This document shows, one piece after another, positions 39,260 through 49,172 of a stretch of DNA of 64,000 nt. Both the position numbers and the translations under genes were made by a program. The DNA is from a virus. The notes under the pieces are model-generated. The model was not told the DNA's origin, did not search any database, and saw only the letters and a program-made list of their open reading frames with translations. The stretch covers positions 1-64,000 of IMG/VR virus record IMGVR_UViG_3300033146_003076; one strand, written 5' to 3'. Each line of letters opens with the position of its first letter. Position 1 is the stretch's first letter.

Positions 39260-39652
39260 TTAGTTACAATTTCTTTTTTTTACATCTTTTATTAATTCTT
39301 TTATATCAAAATCTTTTTTTAAATTAATATAAATTTTATCTATTATTTTATCTTTTGTTTCTGGGTTAAAATTTATTCCCTCAAAAGAAGCATAAAAACC
39401 ACCTGTATTAGATTTCATTCCAAAACTCCTTCTACATGAATCATCTGATAATTTTTCTATTTGTCTTTTAATACTATCTCTAAACAAATGGGGTGACTCT
39501 TCAACTACTCTATTAATCTTAATTTTTAATTCTTTTTCTAATATTTCCTGATACTTTTCTTGAAATATTTCTCTAATAGTAGATTTTATTTCATCATCCA
39601 TTATAGAATTAATTAATTCTTTTCTTTCTGGTTTTGTTAATTTAATATTCAT
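39260..39652 (-). CDS. Hypothetical protein
   Basis: GAGGT RBS. Confidence 0.45.
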   Translation of the reverse strand: MNIKLTKPERKELINSIMDDEIKSTIREIFQEKYQEILEKELKIKINRVVEESPHLFRDSIKRQIEKLSDDSCRRSFGMKSNTGGFYASFEGINFNPETKDKIIDKIYINLKKDFDIKELIKDVKKRNCN

Positions 39653-39739
39653 TTTCTACCTCTTCTAATACATCATAATATTTCTTTATACATTTCAAAG
39701 TTAATTCTTTATCAAATTCTACGAACTCTATATTTTTAT

Positions 39740-39955
39740 TCATCTTTTATAGCACCCACATCTTCTCATTATTTCTTTAACAGTATCAATTTTATGCATA
39801 CTAATCTCATCATAATCCTCACCCATACTTTCATAATCTTTACATAATGTAATTAATTCTTCGTTTAAAGATTTCACTGAAATAAACATATTATCCTTTT
39901 TAAAACCTTCATGATTTGCCAATTTATTTAGTTCAGATAGGTTATATAATTTCAT
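39740..39955 (-). CDS. Hypothetical protein
   Basis: Coupled to the upstream ORF. Confidence 0.4.
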   Translation of the reverse strand: MKLYNLSELNKLANHEGFKKDNMFISVKSLNEELITLCKDYESMGEDYDEISMHKIDTVKEIMRRCGCYKR

Positions 39956-40257
39956 TATTTATTCCTCTTCAAATTATAATACATCGCCGTTAAATGATGA
40001 GTTGATATATCATTGTCCCAGTTATCTGCATACTTCTTAGCATAGCCCATTTCTATCCATTTATCCATGGCTTTATCATAACCTATATCATAACCTGCTT
40101 CTTCTGAAAACTCGTACTTAAACTTGTCTATAAGCTTAACTTGCATAGCTTGTCTATCACTTAATGGATTATGTAACATAAGATATTTAAGGAAACAACT
40201 ATCTTTAGTGCAACCATCTTCAGCACAGATTTCTTGTAAAAGTTTTCTATCTTTCAT
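39955..40257 (-). CDS. DUF4032-like protein
   Basis: KFKY..SE.AG.DIG...A...W...GYAKKYA. Confidence 0.45.
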   Translation of the reverse strand: MKDRKLLQEICAEDGCTKDSCFLKYLMLHNPLSDRQAMQVKLIDKFKYEFSEEAGYDIGYDKAMDKWIEMGYAKKYADNWDNDISTHHLTAMYYNLKRNK

Positions 40258-40559
40258 TCTATTTAATCTACAACATAATCTATTTCATCGACACAATCAC
40301 AAGATTTTATATGTCTCAAAAGTCTTATTATCTCAATACTTTGCCCATTTTCATTTAAAGTTATTTCAATCTTTGCAAAACTCATTTTCTCTTACCTCAT
40401 CTTTCATTTTATCTTACTAATGTAAAGTACACCACATCTTGAACACATGGCTATAGTGTATTCAATATCTATTAATATAAATTTTGCATTTATTTTCTTA
40501 AATGTTTTATCTTCTCTATGATGAAAAAAATAACATATTATTTTATTTAACATTTTCTC

Positions 40560-40745
40560 TTACTCCTCTTGACTATATTTATCAAATCTTTCTCTAGCTT
40601 TGTTAAGTTCTTTCGGTGTGAATAAGTATTCATTTATTCTTTCGCCTCTTGACCTATTAATATAGATATATGTTTTTTTATCAAATATAACTGTTTTTAT
40701 GTTTTTCATTTTATATAATGCCCTCCCCCCTACTTCATCTTTCAT
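40560..40745 (-). CDS. Hypothetical protein
   Basis: ORF only. Confidence 0.35.
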   Translation of the reverse strand: MKDEVGGRALYKMKNIKTVIFDKKTYIYINRSRGERINEYLFTPKELNKARERFDKYSQEE

Positions 40746-40808
40746 TTTATATGACCTTCTTCCAGATGTTAGGAAAAAGGTTTTTCTTTCTCCGATTCAG
40801 TACCATTT

Positions 40809-41285
40809 TTAATTACCCTTCCTAATTCTTAATCTTATACAAACTTCTTCGTTGAATATTTTATTCCAATTACCCACATAATAATAGTTTTGTAATATTC
40901 TAACTTCTGCCATTTTTAACCCAGTAACAGTATTATAAGATTGTAGTATTGTTTTTTTATAATTTAAAGGATTTGTTTTTATTAGTTCTTGTACTATTTT
41001 TGAAGAACCAATATAATTCTCCCAATCAGAACTAACTTTTTTATGTATCTTTAATTTCCTTGTACTAACAATCCTTTTTCCCTTTTTATCTTTAATATGT
41101 TTACCATCTTTCATTTTAAATTTTGGTGGTTTAGTTTTGTTTGTTTTCCAATATTTTTTTATACCAAAATATTTCATACCGGAAGAAATTTCTTTTATTT
41201 CATATAAAAATCCTATATACTCATCAATATTTTCTGGAACATTTTTCCATACAATTCCTTTATATTGTGATTCTTTATTTGACAT
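40809..41285 (-). CDS. GIY-YIG family endonuclease
   Basis: GFLYEI....GMKYFG.K...W.NY.GSS...E....FN. Confidence 0.65.
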   Translation of the reverse strand: MSNKESQYKGIVWKNVPENIDEYIGFLYEIKEISSGMKYFGIKKYWKTNKTKPPKFKMKDGKHIKDKKGKRIVSTRKLKIHKKVSSDWENYIGSSKIVQELIKTNPLNYKKTILQSYNTVTGLKMAEVRILQNYYYVGNWNKIFNEEVCIRLRIRKGN

Positions 41286-41469
41286 TTTTTAATTTAACGA
41301 ATAGTTTTATTATTTGTTTTTCTCTTGGTTTGAGATTTTTATTTTTTATTAGCATATCTAAATCTTTTTGTAATTCTTTTGGATGTACTTGTTGAATATG
41401 TATTTTTGCATTCCTATGTAACCTTTTACAGTATGGACATTTACTCAATAGTTCTTCTTTTATTTCCAT
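41275..41469 (-). CDS. C2H2 zinc-finger protein
   Basis: CPYC...HIQQVH. Confidence 0.6.
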   Translation of the reverse strand: MEIKEELLSKCPYCKRLHRNAKIHIQQVHPKELQKDLDMLIKNKNLKPREKQIIKLFVKLKNVK

Positions 41470-41554
41470 TTTATTTAAATCTTTTGTTTCTAGTTAGTGT
41501 CAACTCCAAGTTCAAAAGGGCTTTGATTAGACTGTCCCCCTTGAAGATGAAATT

Positions 41555-41974
41555 TTACCAAATACCATTTCCAGTTTTATTGAATCTACTTTCTAAATGG
41601 TTCCATTTGTTGTTGTAAAAATATTCCAATGTGTCGTGCTTGTCTCCGTTTCCATCATATCCTCGGACTAACCTTGACCAAACTCCTTGTTTGTATAACA
41701 TGTATTGTTTTAACATTGCTTTATCTGTACAATCTCCTTTGAGTTCTTCCCAAGTAATATCTATTCCTCTTTGAAACCAATGAAATTCATACATAACAGA
41801 CATTTCTACCCACGATGATATTTGGTATACTTTTGCTTCTGTGTTGTTTCCTAATTTGCTAACAATATTATCTGAGAACATTTCTATTCTTGGATCATAT
41901 CCTTCAACAAACAATGGCATTAATAATAAAAAAAAGAAAAAAAGAGTAAAGGATTTGTATCTCTTACTTTTCAT
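41555..41974 (-). CDS. Secreted/anchored transglutaminase-like cysteine protease
   Basis: N-terminal hydrophobic segment and GDCTDKA...SRLVRG...H..LEY....W core. Confidence 0.7.
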   Translation of the reverse strand: MKSKRYKSFTLFFFFLLLMPLFVEGYDPRIEMFSDNIVSKLGNNTEAKVYQISSWVEMSVMYEFHWFQRGIDITWEELKGDCTDKAMLKQYMLYKQGVWSRLVRGYDGNGDKHDTLEYFYNNKWNHLESRFNKTGNGIW

Positions 41975-41975
41975 C

Positions 41976-42425
41976 TTAATCTTTCCACGGATTAATTTCA
42001 CCTATACTACTTGCTAATTCTGTAGATTTAACTCCTGCTTGATCAGTGTATTCGTAGTTATAATCTTTTACCAATACTTCTGCTTCTGCTCCAATAAGAT
42101 TATCTGTTTCGATTCCATTCTCAGAGAATTCCCAACCTAAGTTTTTGAATACTTTTGTTGAGTTTGAGTTTGGTGTTAATGCTGTGTTATAAGTTCCATC
42201 TTCATTCTTATATTTGTAATATGTTTCGAATGCTAATGTTAAATATTCACCGTTTTCTTCTTTGTATGCTTCGTCCAATATACTAAACAACAATACTAAT
42301 TTATAACCAAATTTACTTTCTGTTTTCTTTGGTTTAATTTCGTTTAGTCTTGCTTTGTAGTACCCTTTCTTTGTGTACGGTCTTTTCATTTTCACAGCCA
42401 CTTTATCACTTACTTCTAATTTCAT
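41976..42425 (-). CDS. Putative ssDNA-binding protein (OB-like)
   Basis: G.Y.A.L..I.....KFG...F.I...LIG...EV.V, in the replication module. Confidence 0.45.
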   Translation of the reverse strand: MKLEVSDKVAVKMKRPYTKKGYYKARLNEIKPKKTESKFGYKLVLLFSILDEAYKEENGEYLTLAFETYYKYKNEDGTYNTALTPNSNSTKVFKNLGWEFSENGIETDNLIGAEAEVLVKDYNYEYTDQAGVKSTELASSIGEINPWKD

Positions 42426-42501
42426 TTTCTATTTACCTCGTTTTATTTATTTTTTATTTATTATTTATTTATTTTGGCAATAATGGTAATTTAACCCAAT
42501 C

Positions 42502-42846
42502 TTATTTACCATAAACACTATTTTTTTCAACCAAATGTATTATTGAAACAGTTCCATGTGTTATACCTTTCCTTTTAAATTCCGTAGTTAATAAACCTTC
42601 CTCTTTTATCCACTTAATATCTCTATCAAATGTTTTTCTACAATGTGAATATCCTTTTGTTCTTAATCTTCTGTATAACCTTTCTTTTGAAATACCTTCT
42701 TCTACATGTTTCATAATTAGGTTTCTTCTCAGATCTAAACTATGTGTTGACGCTGGTTGTACTTCTACTAAAATATTTTGTTTCTTTAATATTGGCATTA
42801 TCTTTTTAAGTTCATCTGTTGAACATATTATTTTTATTTCTACCAT
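42502..42846 (-). CDS. Winged-HTH protein
   Basis: RKTFDRDI..I.EEGLL. Confidence 0.5.
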   Translation of the reverse strand: MVEIKIICSTDELKKIMPILKKQNILVEVQPASTHSLDLRRNLIMKHVEEGISKERLYRRLRTKGYSHCRKTFDRDIKWIKEEGLLTTEFKRKGITHGTVSIIHLVEKNSVYGK

Positions 42847-42954
42847 TTTTCTTTACCTCTTATTTTTTTAATATTTTTATCGGACCAGATACGAAATCTA
42901 GAAATAGTACATTTGAGGTGAAATAAATCAAAATCACACCTGGTCTTTCGATAA

Positions 42955-45783
42955 TTATATAGTTTTGTAAAATCCTGGTCTTGGTCTTATTATATCTCCT
43001 CTATGGACTAAAATATTAATTATCCCATCAAAATCTATTTCTTTTTCTCCTGTTAAGTTACTCCATTTCTCTAATACTTCTTCATGTGGACTTATTCCAA
43101 TTTCATTTTTACATGAGTCTATACATTCCCTTAATACATACATCTTATCTCTTTTCTTTTTAGGGACAATTTGTTCTATTGCATTAATATTTAATCTTCC
43201 ATCGGCAATATCATTAGTCATTATACCTTGTGCTTTAAATGATTCAACAAATATTTCTATTGCTTCTTCTGCGTCTTGTACTTCTATAATTTTACTTAAC
43301 CTTGATTTCGCACATGCTGTTGAAACTCTTATTATATTTGTAATTAATCTACTAGAAAAATATGCTTGTTCATCACCTGGATTTGCTGGTTTTGTTAATT
43401 TTATATATTCATTAGTTATATGTTTTATTGCTTCATTACTCATAACTGGTTTAACATAATTTTTAACATAAGCTAAATATTTTAATATTTTCTCATTGTT
43501 ATAATTAACATCAACCTCATCATCTTCATTATACTTATTGAATATTGTTTTGATTATTTTTCTTTGATGTTCTTCTGTTTCTATTGCATGCATTGGAAAT
43601 ACTAAATCAAACCTATCCATAAAGTCTTTAGGGAACCCAATTTGTTTCCATACTGCTTCATACTTATCAAAGACTCTATTAACTGGGTTTGCTGTTGCTA
43701 AAACTGTTGTTTCTGTTCTTATTATACTATGAATATTTGCTTTGTCAAATGGTACTTCTAAGTCCATTAATGCATTATTAAGTTTAGCCATATCATCTTT
43801 TTCTAATTTATCACATTCATCAAGAACAACTAAACTTCCTGTTGATAATGCTAACACCCCTGCTTCTAATACCCAACATCCTAATTCTTCATCTTTTGTT
43901 ATTGCCGCAACTAATCCAACTCCTGTTGTTGATGATCCACTAGATAATCTACTATTAGGCAGATAATGTAATGAACATTTTGCTAATTTTGTTTTACCAG
44001 AATTATGCGTGATTACACCATTATCTAAAATAAAATTATGGGTGTCCGGCACAATTAAGTCCCACATTTCTTTTTTTTCCTTGCTCTTGTATAATTGTGT
44101 AATTTTGCATGGCATGATTGACAAAGAATTGTTAAATTGTCCAGAACATTGTTTTTGTTGTTCCCATCTATGTGATGAATAACCAAGTCCATTTTTGTAT
44201 TGTTTTTTCCACAAGTGTGACAAATCCAGTACAAATATTCTTTTGCTATTTTTACATACTTTTTTCTGTTTTTGCTTAAACCCACGCTTAACCCATTTTT
44301 GTAAGCCGGATTTTTTTCTCCTTCTTTTCCTTTGAATTTGTATAAATTTTGAGAAATTCCTAAACTTACTTGTTCTTTGAAGGACCTCATAGGTATGCCC
44401 ATCATTTTTAACCTTCTTATTATTACATGATGATCGTGCCCCACTATTTTTCCTATTTGTGTTGCAGATAATTGTTTTTCTTGATATAACCTTTTTATTA
44501 AGTTTAAATCCAAATTTACCCACATATTGTTTTTTTCTAATGTTTGATCTCGTTGCATATTTTTCATCATTTTTAACCACCCTTAATAATAAATCTGTTA
44601 TTTTTAATTCATTTGTTTTTATTTCCATGATGATCTTATTTCTTATTACTATCCATATATGGTCTTTTGAACATTTTAATTCCTCTTTCTCTGTACAAAT
44701 AATATATACATCTTTTTGGCCTGTGCATTTCGGGATGCACATACTTTCAACTTTTTCAAATTTATCATTAATTGTTAAACAAGTTTTTGCTTCTGATATT
44801 TTTTTTAATCCATCTTTTGTTTGGATTAATTGGTCTTTTAACATACATCCTGGATTTCCACATATTAATACATGGATTAAACCTCTTTCTTCTAATTTAT
44901 TATTGATGTATAAATGTTCTCCACCAATTAGCTGTAAGAATAATGCTTTTTTAATTATATCATGTCCATAAATAGTTCCATAAATCTCTTGGATAATATT
45001 TTCTCTAAAGTTTGTTTGTGTTGACATTAACTTTATTTCTTCAATATCATCTTCAGATAATTTTACAGTTCCTATTCCTTCTTCAATCATTTCTATGTTA
45101 TTTGCTTCAACATATTTAATTTGATCTACACTATTATCTTTTCTTGGTTTTTCTTTTAATATTCCTGTAACTTTAATTTTTTTACTTGGTTGAACATTTT
45201 TATCTATGTTCTCATGACATAATGAACCTTTCAATGATATTAACATTGTTCGTGGTTTTTGTGCAGGGTCAATCATATTAATATCTTCTTCGATAACTAA
45301 CTTTTGTAAATCTTCTAAATCTCTTGTTGTTTCTTTGAATCTTGTTTTATTTCCACATTGACATATTTGTGGTTTTGTTATTTTTTCAGAGAGTTGTACG
45401 AGAGGTATTGTATTTCCACATGAAGGACAATCATAGTGTATTACTTTTGGGAAATGTGTAACTTCTGTTGTCTTTCTTATATATCCTGTTATAGATACTA
45501 ATTTTGAAACATCTTTTGCTCTTAGTTTCCAAATATCTTTATGTTCTGACTGTGGTATGTTTGTAAATCTGATAGAAGTATTTTTCTTTCCGGATATACC
45601 TTCGTATGCTATTTCACATACTTTAATTGCTTCTTCAAAATCATCTAAGATATAATCTCCTAGTTCTGGTGATACTTGGATAATTTTCCCAAAATCCACG
45701 TATAAAGAATTATTTATTATTACATTATCACTTTTATTAAAAAAGGTTTTTGCTGAATCGATTAGTTTTGCTATTTCACTCAT
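42955..45783 (-). CDS. mcm: MCM replicative helicase containing an intein
   Basis: Zn finger CPSC..CQC, Walker A GNPG|SGKT split by the intein, GVGL.A, LEAG.L, Walker B VVLDECDK, ATANP and the DRFD arginine finger. Confidence 0.95.
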   Translation of the reverse strand: MSEIAKLIDSAKTFFNKSDNVIINNSLYVDFGKIIQVSPELGDYILDDFEEAIKVCEIAYEGISGKKNTSIRFTNIPQSEHKDIWKLRAKDVSKLVSITGYIRKTTEVTHFPKVIHYDCPSCGNTIPLVQLSEKITKPQICQCGNKTRFKETTRDLEDLQKLVIEEDINMIDPAQKPRTMLISLKGSLCHENIDKNVQPSKKIKVTGILKEKPRKDNSVDQIKYVEANNIEMIEEGIGTVKLSEDDIEEIKLMSTQTNFRENIIQEIYGTIYGHDIIKKALFLQLIGGEHLYINNKLEERGLIHVLICGNPGCMLKDQLIQTKDGLKKISEAKTCLTINDKFEKVESMCIPKCTGQKDVYIICTEKEELKCSKDHIWIVIRNKIIMEIKTNELKITDLLLRVVKNDEKYATRSNIRKKQYVGKFGFKLNKKVISRKTIICNTNRKNSGARSSCNNKKVKNDGHTYEVLQRTSKFRNFSKFIQIQRKRRRKKSGLQKWVKRGFKQKQKKVCKNSKRIFVLDLSHLWKKQYKNGLGYSSHRWEQQKQCSGQFNNSLSIMPCKITQLYKSKEKKEMWDLIVPDTHNFILDNGVITHNSGKTKLAKCSLHYLPNSRLSSGSSTTGVGLVAAITKDEELGCWVLEAGVLALSTGSLVVLDECDKLEKDDMAKLNNALMDLEVPFDKANIHSIIRTETTVLATANPVNRVFDKYEAVWKQIGFPKDFMDRFDLVFPMHAIETEEHQRKIIKTIFNKYNEDDEVDVNYNNEKILKYLAYVKNYVKPVMSNEAIKHITNEYIKLTKPANPGDEQAYFSSRLITNIIRVSTACAKSRLSKIIEVQDAEEAIEIFVESFKAQGIMTNDIADGRLNINAIEQIVPKKKRDKMYVLRECIDSCKNEIGISPHEEVLEKWSNLTGEKEIDFDGIINILVHRGDIIRPRPGFYKTI
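44002..44847 (-). mobile_element. Intein (282 aa) in the MCM P-loop
   Basis: Starts with Cys (CMLKDQLI), has block B CSKDH, block F WDLIV..THNF and terminal THN, followed by Ser+1. Confidence 0.92.
44055..44570 (-). CDS. HNH homing endonuclease encoded in the +1 frame inside the intein
   Basis: HTH (LY.EKQLS..QIGKIVG...IRRL...GI), NUMOD-like KNPAYKNG, and CHTC...HHIDGNNKNN..DNL..LCQSCH..H. It has its own RBS-like AGGGTGG, ATG and stop. Confidence 0.85.
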   Translation of the reverse strand: MMKNMQRDQTLEKNNMWVNLDLNLIKRLYQEKQLSATQIGKIVGHDHHVIIRRLKMMGIPMRSFKEQVSLGISQNLYKFKGKEGEKNPAYKNGLSVGLSKNRKKYVKIAKEYLYWICHTCGKNNTKMDLVIHHIDGNNKNNVLDNLTILCQSCHAKLHNYTRARKKKKCGT

Positions 45784-45789
45784 CTTTCT

Positions 45790-45915
45790 TCACCTTTTAT
45801 CCTTTTTTGTTAATATTAGTAATCTGTTGATAACTTCATCATAACTTTCTCTGTTAGTTATTCTTCTCTCTTTTAATTCCTCTCTTGTTGTTTTTTCAAT
45901 TTGTATCGTTGTCAT
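45790..45915 (-). CDS. Small archaeal-type ribbon-helix-helix regulator (not in the ORF track)
   Basis: MTTIQIEKTTREELKERRITNRESYDEVINRLL..., 41 aa, with GAGGTG RBS, directly upstream of mcm. Confidence 0.6.
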   Translation of the reverse strand: MTTIQIEKTTREELKERRITNRESYDEVINRLLILTKKDKR

Positions 45916-45930
45916 TTTACACCTCTTCTT

Positions 45931-46854
45931 TTATTTTGTTTTTACATTATGATATTTTAATAATTTACCCATATTACCATCACACCAAACATTTAATATA
46001 GTATTATGAAGTTTAGGGTTTTCAATTTTCATTCTTTGAAATCTGTTTGGTTCTTTTTCTAAGTGAACTCCAAAACCACAACCAACACATCCTGTACGTT
46101 TTGCTTTTGTTGTTTCCCATTTACCTTCAACTTTAATTATTTCTCCATAAGCATCACAATAATCTAGATCATATTGTTTAATATATTCTAGTATGTCCTG
46201 TTCTGTCCAGAAACCTAAAGGAGTACATTGTCCTTTTTCCCAATCGATACACCCATTTTGAAGATATTGTTTTTTTCTTTGTTGTCCGTCACTAGCCATG
46301 GTTGCAATAAATCCTTTCATGCCTGATTTTTTATTAAATCTTTTTATTGGTTCTTTCTTTAAATAATGGCAGCACATATCACTTACTTCTATATCTGAAG
46401 TAATTATATCTTTCCATTTATTAGATATTTTAAACATTGTTTTACTTCCATCCTTCATTATCCCTGTTATTAACCTACTTCTTAAGTAATCTGACTTTGT
46501 ATGTTTTGCTTGATAAATAAAATGTGCTTGTTGTTTAGTTGGGAATGGTATACCATATTTATTCCACACTTCCAACATACTCTTTTTTGGTTTTAAAACA
46601 ATGTTTGCTTTTTTTAATGCGTGATCTCTTGTGTGTAGTTCAGTTCCTGTATCTACAAATAATACTTTAACATCTGGAAAAAAGGATTTTATTAAATGTA
46701 ACATAACTTCCGAATCTTTACCCCCACTATAAGAGATATAAACCTCTCCATTATATTCTTGATAGAACTTTCTAATCTTAATTAACGAAAGATTAATCTT
46801 TACATTTAAAGATAATTTCTGTCTTTGTTCTAATTGCCATTTTTCCATCTTCAT
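45931..46854 (-). CDS. PAPS reductase family (adenine-nucleotide alpha-hydrolase) protein
   Basis: SYSGGKDS, VDTG.E, CC..LKKEP, PLGFWTEQDI, RTGCVGC. Confidence 0.88.
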   Translation of the reverse strand: MKMEKWQLEQRQKLSLNVKINLSLIKIRKFYQEYNGEVYISYSGGKDSEVMLHLIKSFFPDVKVLFVDTGTELHTRDHALKKANIVLKPKKSMLEVWNKYGIPFPTKQQAHFIYQAKHTKSDYLRSRLITGIMKDGSKTMFKISNKWKDIITSDIEVSDMCCHYLKKEPIKRFNKKSGMKGFIATMASDGQQRKKQYLQNGCIDWEKGQCTPLGFWTEQDILEYIKQYDLDYCDAYGEIIKVEGKWETTKAKRTGCVGCGFGVHLEKEPNRFQRMKIENPKLHNTILNVWCDGNMGKLLKYHNVKTK

Positions 46855-46878
46855 TATACCCAATCTATATACAACCTG

Positions 46879-46892
46879 TATATAAACCTTTG
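46879..46892 (-). promoter_or_regulatory. BRE/TATA promoter for the replication operon
   Basis: CAAAGGTTTATATA, 24 nt upstream of the ATG at 46854. Confidence 0.6.
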
Positions 46893-47050
46893 TTTTACTT
46901 TTCAGTAGTTATCTAACAATCTCTAACTTCACAAGGAGAAAAGAATTAGACTGTCCCCCTTTGGATAAAGAAAATAAAGGAAAGGAAGATTTTAGTTTTC
47001 ATTTAAACGGAGATAAAAATGGATTGTTTCCTTCCCTTTATTTTTTGTGA

Positions 47051-48085
47051 TTAAGATCGTCTGTTGATATTTACTGAATAGTTTCTTTGTTCTTCTGATA
47101 CTTTAAATAATTCTTCAATGAATAACATCTTTTTAATGAATCTTTCTGATGTCCTTATTGTGTTTACAATTCCTTTTTTAATTAAAATCTTTTTAAGTTC
47201 TGTTGTTGTTATATCTTTTGTTCCTATAAGAGAATGTAATAATACTCTCTCTCTACTTGATACTTTTAGTTCTGATTTTAATTCTTTCTTCCAGTCTAAA
47301 TCATTTTGTTTACAGAAGTTATATGTTTTGAATGCTTTGTATTGTGTTCTTAAGTTTATGTCGACACAAACTTCTTTTTTTATTAATTCAATTAAATGTT
47401 TTGTTACTTCTTTTTCAAATGTTTTTGTTGCTATTAGTCGCATTATATTTATTATTTCTTCTTTCGTGAAAAATACTTCAATATAATCCCCTCTTGATTG
47501 TAATGCGTTTAAGTCTTCTTGTAATCCCTTTATAGCTATTGCATTATAATCAAATATAAATTTACAATTACATTCAAACTTGTCTGGTAAATCTTCTTGA
47601 ACTTTTGAATAATTGTTTTTTGTTAATAAACATTTATCCTCACTTTCTGTTGCTGCTTTTAATAAGTTTAATGCATCTTGCATCTTTAACAATTTAACAA
47701 AATCTTTCAACCAGATAATCTTCCCATTATTTTCATACAATAATCTGTATAAATATGCTGATGAAATATCTCCAGATAATTCTACAAATTCTGCATTATC
47801 ATTATTTAATACTGTTCTTATTTGTTTACTTTTCCCAACGCCTGCAGTTCCTTTAACAAATAAAATTTTACTATATCCTTGAGTAACTTTCTTTATTGCA
47901 TTACCTAATTTATAATAATACTTTTTTGTTATTTCTTCTTCATTCATTTTTTTTCTTGCAAGGGTCTTGTTTTCCAAATATGTTAAGTCTGGGTTATACA
48001 ATTCCATTGGGTCTAAATCTGGTCTTAAATGTTTTAACCATTCAACGTAGTTATCATACGTTGTTATCTCTTTTTGTGTTATCAT
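47051..48085 (-). CDS. AAA-type P-loop ATPase with C-terminal wHTH-like domain
   Basis: Walker A GTAGVGKS, atypical Walker B IIWLKD and ALQSR arginine finger. Confidence 0.7.
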   Translation of the reverse strand: MITQKEITTYDNYVEWLKHLRPDLDPMELYNPDLTYLENKTLARKKMNEEEITKKYYYKLGNAIKKVTQGYSKILFVKGTAGVGKSKQIRTVLNNDNAEFVELSGDISSAYLYRLLYENNGKIIWLKDFVKLLKMQDALNLLKAATESEDKCLLTKNNYSKVQEDLPDKFECNCKFIFDYNAIAIKGLQEDLNALQSRGDYIEVFFTKEEIINIMRLIATKTFEKEVTKHLIELIKKEVCVDINLRTQYKAFKTYNFCKQNDLDWKKELKSELKVSSRERVLLHSLIGTKDITTTELKKILIKKGIVNTIRTSERFIKKMLFIEELFKVSEEQRNYSVNINRRS

Positions 48086-48554
48086 TTTCTTCTTGCCCCA
48101 CTTCTAGTTCATAGTATTTTTTATTCTCTTCTACAAACTCTTTAACTTCTTTTATTACATTCTCTACTAAAGACACATATCTCACGCACTTATTATCTTT
48201 TTGTATAGATATGTAACCTTGATATTTTAACAGGTTTACTATTGCATAATACTGATGGTCATTTGACCCTAATTCTTTTTTTATTTCTTTTGCTGTTGTA
48301 AATCTTTTCTTCAATAATATACAAAACAATTTATATCTTTTTCTTGACGGTTTTATTCCTATCCTTTTCTTCATTAACCCTGATGGTATTTGTCCTGTTT
48401 TATGTATTCTTTCTAGTTCTGTTCTTACTATTTTCTTAATGTTTATTTCTGAAAACATTGCCACCATATCCCTTATTCCTGTTTTAAATATATATTTCCT
48501 TAATATTTCTTCAACTTTTTCTTCAATAATTATTTGTGTTTTCTCTTCTAACAT
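48054..48554 (-). CDS. Putative HTH protein
   Basis: TAKEIKKELG....Y...NLLK.QGY.I. Confidence 0.45.
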   Translation of the reverse strand: MLEEKTQIIIEEKVEEILRKYIFKTGIRDMVAMFSEINIKKIVRTELERIHKTGQIPSGLMKKRIGIKPSRKRYKLFCILLKKRFTTAKEIKKELGSNDHQYYAIVNLLKYQGYISIQKDNKCVRYVSLVENVIKEVKEFVEENKKYYELEVGQEENDNTKRDNNV

Positions 48555-48710
48555 AATTCTTCACCTTTTTTTATTTGTCCATAAAAATTAATTTAAATCC
48601 TTCATAACGGAATTTGCATCCACACTCTTTACACTCATAATGGGTTGGGTGTGTTATTAATCTCATCTTTCTACATTTAGCACATTTTCTTATTACCATT
48701 ATATCACCTT

Positions 48711-49172
48711 TCAATATTTGTGAGCATTATCCATATTATTTGTATGTTTGTTTAATGCATTCTCAATCTTTAAAATCATATCTATCACATCATCAATTCT
48801 TTTATTTGTTGAAACAAACATTTCTTCGGTAGATTCTTTTACTTTTTTTATTTTCATTATTCTATCCATATCTTTTGGTTCAATAATATGTCCTGTTGTT
48901 TGATGGTTTTCTTTTATTCCATTAGTGACTGCATCATTTGTTGATATTTCTGAATCAACCTTGAAATTTTTATTTATAAATTTATCACTTCCCCCCACTA
49001 AACTAACTCTTGCAAGTTCTAAACCATTATATGCTCCTTGCCCATAATCATCTTTAGAACCACATTCTAATTGTATTTGTTTTAAATCTTTTAGTGCCAT
49101 TTCAATCGTTTGTTTTACTATTCCTGAAAATATGTCACTTCTTTTTACTTTTTTTAATTCTTCTTCATCCAT
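48711..49172 (-). CDS. Hypothetical protein
   Basis: Y..G.YNGLELA motif and AGGAGG RBS. Confidence 0.45.
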   Translation of the reverse strand: MDEEELKKVKRSDIFSGIVKQTIEMALKDLKQIQLECGSKDDYGQGAYNGLELARVSLVGGSDKFINKNFKVDSEISTNDAVTNGIKENHQTTGHIIEPKDMDRIMKIKKVKESTEEMFVSTNKRIDDVIDMILKIENALNKHTNNMDNAHKY

